A DNA stretch of 64,000 nucleotides from Desulfonatronospira sp. (lineage in GTDB: Bacteria; Desulfobacterota; Desulfovibrionia; Desulfovibrionales; Desulfonatronovibrionaceae): NCBI RefSeq assembly GCF_003553695.1, contig NZ_PWFB01000012.1, one strand, 5' to 3'. The position numbers and the translations under genes were made by a program. Shown here piece by piece: positions 58,489 to 64,000 of this stretch (positions are counted from its first letter, which is position 1; every line of letters starts with the position of its first letter). Under the pieces are notes generated by a model that was given only the letters and a program-made list of their open reading frames with translations, was not told the origin of the DNA and searched no databases.

Positions 58489-60217
58489 CCCCTTCTTCCA
58501 GTTTCTGTCGGATTAAATCGCCCAGGTTGCTCCCCGGAGCCGCGCTGCCGTTTTTGCTTCGCTGATCAACAGGAGCGCTTTTTTTCTCCTCCTCTTCCAG
58601 GTGCTGCTTGACGGAGAGGCCCAGCCTTCGCTCGTCGGCACTGACATGGATGACCTTGGCCTGGATTTCCTGGCCTTCGGAAAAGAACTCCTTGGGGTTC
58701 TTGATTTTCTTGCGGCTCATCTCGGAAACGTGCACCAGGCCCTCGATACCTTCCTCCACCTCAACAAAGAGGCCGAAATCGGTAATATTGGTGATCTTGC
58801 CCCTTACAGTGGTACCCACGGGGTAATGTCTGGGCACCTCGGCCCAGGGATCCTCGGTAAGTTGCTTGATGCCCAGGGTGAACTTCTCACTTTCCTTGTC
58901 CACAGTAAGCACCTTGGCCCGGACCATGTCCCCGTTCTTGAAAAGCTCTGAAGGGTGGCGCACCTTTTTGGTCCAGGACATGTCCGAGACATGGATAAGC
59001 CCGTCTATGCCGTCCTCGATACCGATAAACAGGCCGAACTCGGTGATGTTCTTCACCGGTGCCTCCAGGATGGTCCCTTCGGGATACTTTTCCGCAACCA
59101 CATCCCAGGGGTTGGGGCTGACCTGTTTCATCCCCAGGGAGATGCGCTTGCGTTCCGAATCTATTCCCAGGACCACCACTTCCACTTCGTCTCCGGATTT
59201 GACCAGTTGAGAAGGGTGCCTGAGCTTCCTTGTCCAGGACATCTCGGAGATGTGCACCAGGCCTTCCACCCCGTCAGCCAGTTCCACAAAAGCCCCATAG
59301 TCAGCCAGATTGGTGACCTTCCCGGTCATTCTGGTGCCTTCGGGATATTTCTCCTCAATGTTTTCCCAGGGATCGCTTATAAGCTGCTTAAGCCCCAGGG
59401 AAACCTTTTTTTCATCCGCATCAAAGCCCAGCACCTTGAGCTCCAGGTCATCCCCCAGTTGAACCATTTCTTTGGGATGGCGTATCCTTTTCCAGGACAT
59501 GTCGGTTATATGCAGCAGGCCGTCCAGTCCTCCCAGGTCAATGAAGACTCCATATTCGGTGATGTTTTTGACCTTGCCCTGAACCACCTGGCCTTCCTCA
59601 ATGGTATCCAGCAGTTCCTGGCGCATGTTTTCGCGTTCTTCTTCCAGAAGTACCCGACGGGAAATGATCACATTGCTGCGTCTGCGGTTGATTTTGAGGA
59701 TGCGAAAATCCATCTCCTGGCCTACCAGGGCGTCCATGTCCGGTACAGGACGAAGGTCTACATGGGAACCCGGCAGAAAAGCCTCCAGGCCTTCAAGATC
59801 CACATTGTAGCCGCCTTTGATCCTTTTGATGATTTTGCCCTGGATGGTGGTCTGATTGTCCATGATGTCCTGCAGATCATCCAGAAGCTTCACCCGCCTG
59901 GCCTTCTCCCGGGACAGGGATATAGCACCCTCGTTTTCATCCTTCTGGGTGACAAAGACGTCCACCTTGTCGCCTTCTTTCACGGTCAGATTGCCTTCCG
60001 CGTCCTGAAACTCGGAAGCAGGAATCTGTCCCTCGGACTTGAAGTTGACATCCACAAGGACATAGTCCTTTTCCACTTTAACCACTTCTCCGGTGACGAT
60101 ACTTCCTTCCTGAACCTCGCCGAAATCCGCGTTTAGATAGTCCTCCAGCGCGGATTCAAAGCTTACATCGGTTTCAAAGTTTTCCTGCGGATCTGTGGTT
60201 TCGTTTGTGTTTTGCAT
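58469..60217 (-). CDS. rpsA: 30S ribosomal protein S1
   Basis: Six S1 domains (AFLPGS, YGVFIDLGG.DGLLHITDMSW etc.); start moved to ATG 60217 behind GGGAG. Confidence 0.97.
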   Translation of the reverse strand: MQNTNETTDPQENFETDVSFESALEDYLNADFGEVQEGSIVTGEVVKVEKDYVLVDVNFKSEGQIPASEFQDAEGNLTVKEGDKVDVFVTQKDENEGAISLSREKARRVKLLDDLQDIMDNQTTIQGKIIKRIKGGYNVDLEGLEAFLPGSHVDLRPVPDMDALVGQEMDFRILKINRRRSNVIISRRVLLEEERENMRQELLDTIEEGQVVQGKVKNITEYGVFIDLGGLDGLLHITDMSWKRIRHPKEMVQLGDDLELKVLGFDADEKKVSLGLKQLISDPWENIEEKYPEGTRMTGKVTNLADYGAFVELADGVEGLVHISEMSWTRKLRHPSQLVKSGDEVEVVVLGIDSERKRISLGMKQVSPNPWDVVAEKYPEGTILEAPVKNITEFGLFIGIEDGIDGLIHVSDMSWTKKVRHPSELFKNGDMVRAKVLTVDKESEKFTLGIKQLTEDPWAEVPRHYPVGTTVRGKITNITDFGLFVEVEEGIEGLVHVSEMSRKKIKNPKEFFSEGQEIQAKVIHVSADERRLGLSVKQHLEEEEKKSAPVDQRSKNGSAAPGSNLGDLIRQKLEEGDGDKQD

Positions 60218-60336
60218 ATAACTCCCCCTAACACACTTGGTAAATTTGCTGCTGCTTAGCAGATCGCGGAAATATTGACAATAAAAATAATGCACTTTTA
60301 GAAAATTTAATGCAGTTCTTATCTGGTCCTGCCCAC

Positions 60337-61629
60337 TCAAACCAGGGCTTCCAGGTCATAGTCATGACTGGAAATGATCTCGGCGCGCACCATTTTACCC
60401 GGCCTTACTCCGGGTCCGCTTATGTAGGTCAGGCCATCTACCTCGGGGGCCTGAAACCAGGTCCGGCCGGTATATAGCCCCGGCCACTCCGGATGGAGGG
60501 CATCAACCATTATATCCAGGCTCTCTTGCACAAAGCTCTGCAGATACTCCCGGCTGATCTTCTTTTGCTCCTGCATGATGATCCTGCGACGCTCATTTTT
60601 CAGCTCATCCGGAACCTGCCCGCTAAAACCGGCCGCCCTGGTTCCTTCCTCGGGGTAAAATGGAAATACCCCCAGATGCTGCACTCTGGCCTGGCGGACA
60701 AACTCCAGCAGGGCCTGAAAGTGCCATTCTTTTTCTCCAGGATAGCCGGTTATCAAAGTGCTCCTGATGGCTGCCCCGGGAAAATAATTTCTTATACGCC
60801 GGAGTACTTCCAGAGGATCATGCTGAAAGGGACGCCCCATTTTTTTAAGTATTTCCGGGTGGGCGTGCTGCAGGGGGACGTCAAAATAGGGCACAAAAGG
60901 AGGACCCAGCTCAGCCAGCCTGGCCAGAAGCCTCTCGTTCAGGCCGGAAGGATACAGATACATGATCCTTATTCTTAAAAGCCCCTCAAGCACTGCAAGC
61001 TTTTCGGCCAGACGGGCCAGTCCCTGCCTGTAACCCAGGTCGCGTCCGTAAGCAGTGCTGTCCTGGGATACCAGCACAAGTTCAAGTGCACCCTGGTCTA
61101 TGAGGTGCTCTGCTTCCCGGAGTACTTCCGGCTCAGGCCTGGAACGCAGTCTGCCCCTGATGGAAGGAATGGTGCAGAAGGCACAGCGGTTGTTGCACCC
61201 TTCGCTGATCTTGAGATAGGCATACCCTGTAAAAGGCCCTGGTCTTGAGGCCGGGGATTCTTTGTCAACCGGGCAGCCCAGCATGTGCAGGATTCTGCCC
61301 GGCAGATCAGCCTGCTTAGCTATAGGCACAAACATGTCCGCCTCCGGGATTTCCCGGCCAAGCCCGGACCCGTACCTGGACACCAGGCAACCAGTGACCA
61401 CCAGAAGCGGCCTGGGGCTTAAGGACTCAATGTCTTTGGCCACCTCAAAAATTGTTTCCAGGGACTCTTCCACCGCCGAGCGGATGAAAGCGCAGGTGTT
61501 GATTAAAACCACATCAGACTCTCCTGGTTCAGCCACAGGGTAAAAATGCTCTTTTAGTCCACTGAGGATGTTTTCTGTATCCACCGTATTTTTGGGACAC
61601 CCCAGACTGTGAGTGTACACCTTGATCAT
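60337..61629 (-). CDS. rimO: Ribosomal protein S12 methylthiotransferase
   Basis: SLGCPKNTVD, NTCAFI, YLKISEGCNNRCAFCTIP, YLYP, APEVDG; start moved to ATG 61629 behind GGAG. Confidence 0.95.
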   Translation of the reverse strand: MIKVYTHSLGCPKNTVDTENILSGLKEHFYPVAEPGESDVVLINTCAFIRSAVEESLETIFEVAKDIESLSPRPLLVVTGCLVSRYGSGLGREIPEADMFVPIAKQADLPGRILHMLGCPVDKESPASRPGPFTGYAYLKISEGCNNRCAFCTIPSIRGRLRSRPEPEVLREAEHLIDQGALELVLVSQDSTAYGRDLGYRQGLARLAEKLAVLEGLLRIRIMYLYPSGLNERLLARLAELGPPFVPYFDVPLQHAHPEILKKMGRPFQHDPLEVLRRIRNYFPGAAIRSTLITGYPGEKEWHFQALLEFVRQARVQHLGVFPFYPEEGTRAAGFSGQVPDELKNERRRIIMQEQKKISREYLQSFVQESLDIMVDALHPEWPGLYTGRTWFQAPEVDGLTYISGPGVRPGKMVRAEIISSHDYDLEALV

Positions 61630-61870
61630 ATTTTCTCCTGGTCCTCGGTAACCGTACTCATAAAGCCAGACTCCGGCAAAATCTGATTTTTTCGGTCTTT
61701 TTTTTGGGGCAAGGATTATTATCCGGTTGCCACGGGGCATCTGCTCTGGACTGCCAGGTGGATGTTTCCTTGCACAATCGGGGCAAATGATCTAAAATTT
61801 TTCCGGTTCTTGACGCAGAACCCGCCGCACCGCATCTTCGGTCATTATCCGTCAAACCAGGAACCCCAGG

Positions 61871-62827
61871 GTGCCCCACATGAACTGGATACACAAGGAC
61901 CTGTTGGACATTGAATCCCTTTCCCCTGATGAAGTCAGGCACGTATTCGATACTTCCACCAGATTCATGGAGATCAATTCCCGCAGTATAAAAAAGGTGC
62001 CCATACTCAAGGGTAAAAGCGTGGTCCTTTTTTTTGCCGAGCCTTCCACCCGGACTAAGACCTCCTTTGACATGGCAGCCAAGCGCCTGTCAGCGGACAG
62101 CTTCTCCCTGGCAGCCACAGGCAGCAGCCTGAGCAAGGGCGAAAGCCTGAAAGACACGGTGCTCACCCTGCAGGCCATGAAACCCGATGCCCTGGTCCTC
62201 AGGCACTCCCTGAGCGGAGCAGCCGGTTTTATTGCCTCGCACCTGGATTGCAGCGTTCTCAATGCCGGTGACGGCTGGCACGCCCACCCCACTCAGGCCC
62301 TGCTGGACGGATTCACCCTTTTTAATCACTGGCAGAGCTTCCAGGGCAAACAGGTCCTGATCCTTGGAGACATCGCCCACAGCCGGGTGGCCAGATCCGA
62401 TGTGCAGCTTTTGAGCATGCTGGGATGTCGCATCAGAGTCTGTGCTCCGCGCACTCTGCTGCCCAGGGGGATACACAACTGGCCCGTGGAGGTGTACTCC
62501 AGCCTGGATCCGGCCTGCCTGGACGTGGACGCCATCATCAGCCTGCGCCTGCAGCTGGAGCGCCAGGAGGCAGGTCTTCTCCCGGACCTTCGCGAATACT
62601 CATCACGCTTCTGCCTGCAGCCAGGGCACATACAGAAAGCGGCTTCAGGGGTAAAAATCATGCATCCCGGACCCATAAACCGCGGCGTGGAGATATCCTC
62701 GAGCCTGGCCGACTGCGGGGACAGCCTTATCCTGGAGCAGGTCAGCTCCGGGGTGGCCGTACGCATGGCCCTTCTTTATCTGTACCTGACCCGGAGCAAG
62801 CCCGGGCAGGAAATCCCGGAGGAATAA
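61871..62827 (+). CDS. pyrB: Aspartate carbamoyltransferase catalytic subunit
   Basis: [54 protein letters not shown]. Confidence 0.97.
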   Translation: MPHMNWIHKDLLDIESLSPDEVRHVFDTSTRFMEINSRSIKKVPILKGKSVVLFFAEPSTRTKTSFDMAAKRLSADSFSLAATGSSLSKGESLKDTVLTLQAMKPDALVLRHSLSGAAGFIASHLDCSVLNAGDGWHAHPTQALLDGFTLFNHWQSFQGKQVLILGDIAHSRVARSDVQLLSMLGCRIRVCAPRTLLPRGIHNWPVEVYSSLDPACLDVDAIISLRLQLERQEAGLLPDLREYSSRFCLQPGHIQKAASGVKIMHPGPINRGVEISSSLADCGDSLILEQVSSGVAVRMALLYLYLTRSKPGQEIPEE

Positions 62828-62832
62828 AACCC

Positions 62833-64000
62833 ATGGAATACACCCGCGTCTGCAATGCAATTCTAAACGGCACCGCAGGCACTCTGCTTCTGCATGAGGG
62901 CCTGGTGCAGGAGTTTATTCCAGGCGGCATCCCTGTTGAGAGCACACCCGGCAGGGACCTGGAATTTGACGCCCGGAACTGCCATTTACTGCCCTCCCTC
63001 ATAGATATCCACGTCCACCTGCGCGATCCGGGACAGGAATACAAGGAAGACATTGCCTCGGGGCTGGCTGCAGCAGCATCCGGAGGATTCGGGCGGGTCC
63101 TGGCTATGGCCAACACTGATCCGGTAAACGATAATGCCGGCATTACCGGGTACATGCTGCAAAAAGGCCGCGAGCATCATCCCCACGGGCCGTTTTTGCA
63201 TCCTGTAGGAGCTTTAACCCGGGGGCTCAAGGGAAAGGATCTGGCCCCCCTGGCCGAGCTGGCTCAGGCCGGATGCAGGGCTTTCTCCAACGACGGACTC
63301 CCGGTACAGGACAATGAACTCTTTCGCAGAGCCGTGGAATATGCATCGGACCTGGATCTAAAGGTCATTGACCATTGCGAGGACAGCTTTCTAAGCGTCG
63401 GCGGAGTCATGAACGAGGGAAGAATGTCCGACTACCTGGGACTCAAAGGCATCCCGGACGTGGCTGAAAGCCTGCAGGTCAGCCGGGACATACTGCTGGC
63501 GGCATACCTGAACATACCCATCCATCTGGCCCACATAAGCTGCGCATCCTCGGTAGAGCTCATTTACCAGGCCAAGCAGAAATCCATCCCCATAAGCGCC
63601 GAGACCTGCCCGCACTACCTGCATTGGAGTGAAGAACTGGTGGGCGGTTACAATACTCTGGCCAGGGTCAACCCGCCCCTGCGTACCAGAGACGATGTCC
63701 TGGCCCTGCGTCAGGCGGTGCGGGAAAAAGTCATCGACGCAGTCGCCTCGGATCATGCCCCGCATGCGGACTTTGAAAAAGAGGTTCCTTTTGCCGGGGC
63801 TCCCAACGGCATCTCCGGCCTGGACACCTGTTTGTCCCTGGTACTGGACCTGGTCCGCGAAAATGTTTTGACCCTGCAGGATGTGATCAGGCTCATGGCC
63901 ACCTCTCCAGGCGAACTCTTCCGCCTGCCCGTGTGCAGCTTCGCCCCCGGCGACCCGGCGGACTTTACCCTGGTGGACCTGGAAAAAAAGTGGGTACCAA
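62833..64000 (+). CDS. pyrC: Dihydroorotase (3' end runs off the window)
   Basis: Not in the ORF track; hand translation: DIHVHLRDPGQ, DHCED, HLAHIS, ETCPHYL, VNPPLR, ASDHAPH. Confidence 0.95.
   Translation, partial: MEYTRVCNAILNGTAGTLLLHEGLVQEFIPGGIPVESTPGRDLEFDARNCHLLPSLIDIHVHLRDPGQEYKEDIASGLAAAASGGFGRVLAMANTDPVNDNAGITGYMLQKGREHHPHGPFLHPVGALTRGLKGKDLAPLAELAQAGCRAFSNDGLPVQDNELFRRAVEYASDLDLKVIDHCEDSFLSVGGVMNEGRMSDYLGLKGIPDVAESLQVSRDILLAAYLNIPIHLAHISCASSVELIYQAKQKSIPISAETCPHYLHWSEELVGGYNTLARVNPPLRTRDDVLALRQAVREKVIDAVASDHAPHADFEKEVPFAGAPNGISGLDTCLSLVLDLVRENVLTLQDVIRLMATSPGELFRLPVCSFAPGDPADFTLVDLEKKWVP

Noticed and set aside
58955-60136. 393-aa plus-strand ORF (also 44767-45792, 56652-57584, 7411-8322, 2384-3274 and other short track ORFs)
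   Set aside because: All lie opposite or out of frame to well-supported genes and show no motifs
1-64000. Genome-wide TAG reassignment as the explanation for holA
   Set aside because: At least eight genes here end at TAG at their expected C-termini, and I saw no other internal TAG in a conserved gene

Overview
Mostly core chromosome of an anaerobic deltaproteobacterium. Gene content and order (Ccm system I*, rpmB/yceD-rpmF-plsX-fab-glyA-rib-nusB-leuS-lptE-holA-radC-acyP-lon, ccm-guaBA-tatBC-hisB-hisA) point to Desulfovibrionales; this is inference, no search was run. About 70 CDSs and one tRNA-Pro(CGG) are supported. I found no CRISPR array, prophage, rRNA or intact transposase. The signals the gene list does not explain are: (1) an in-frame TAG inside the normally essential holA, with the frame continuing 64 codons to a HolA-like end; (2) a perfect sigma-54 -24/-12 motif plus an upstream palindrome ahead of an isolated bioF-methyltransferase pair; (3) two small non-autonomous repeat-element families, one with a 6-bp target-site duplication and several dispersed ends, the other carrying a GTAG-type REP hairpin; (4) TCAGA(A/G)G heptamer arrays flanking a four-helix-bundle gene remnant and supplying the C-terminal tails of two convergent proteins; (5) a pdaD-speB-deoxyhypusine-synthase-like polyamine operon; (6) a histidine-kinase relic and a few orphan ORFs. 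Product calls rest on motifs recognised by eye; several starts were moved from the ORF track to a downstream ATG.
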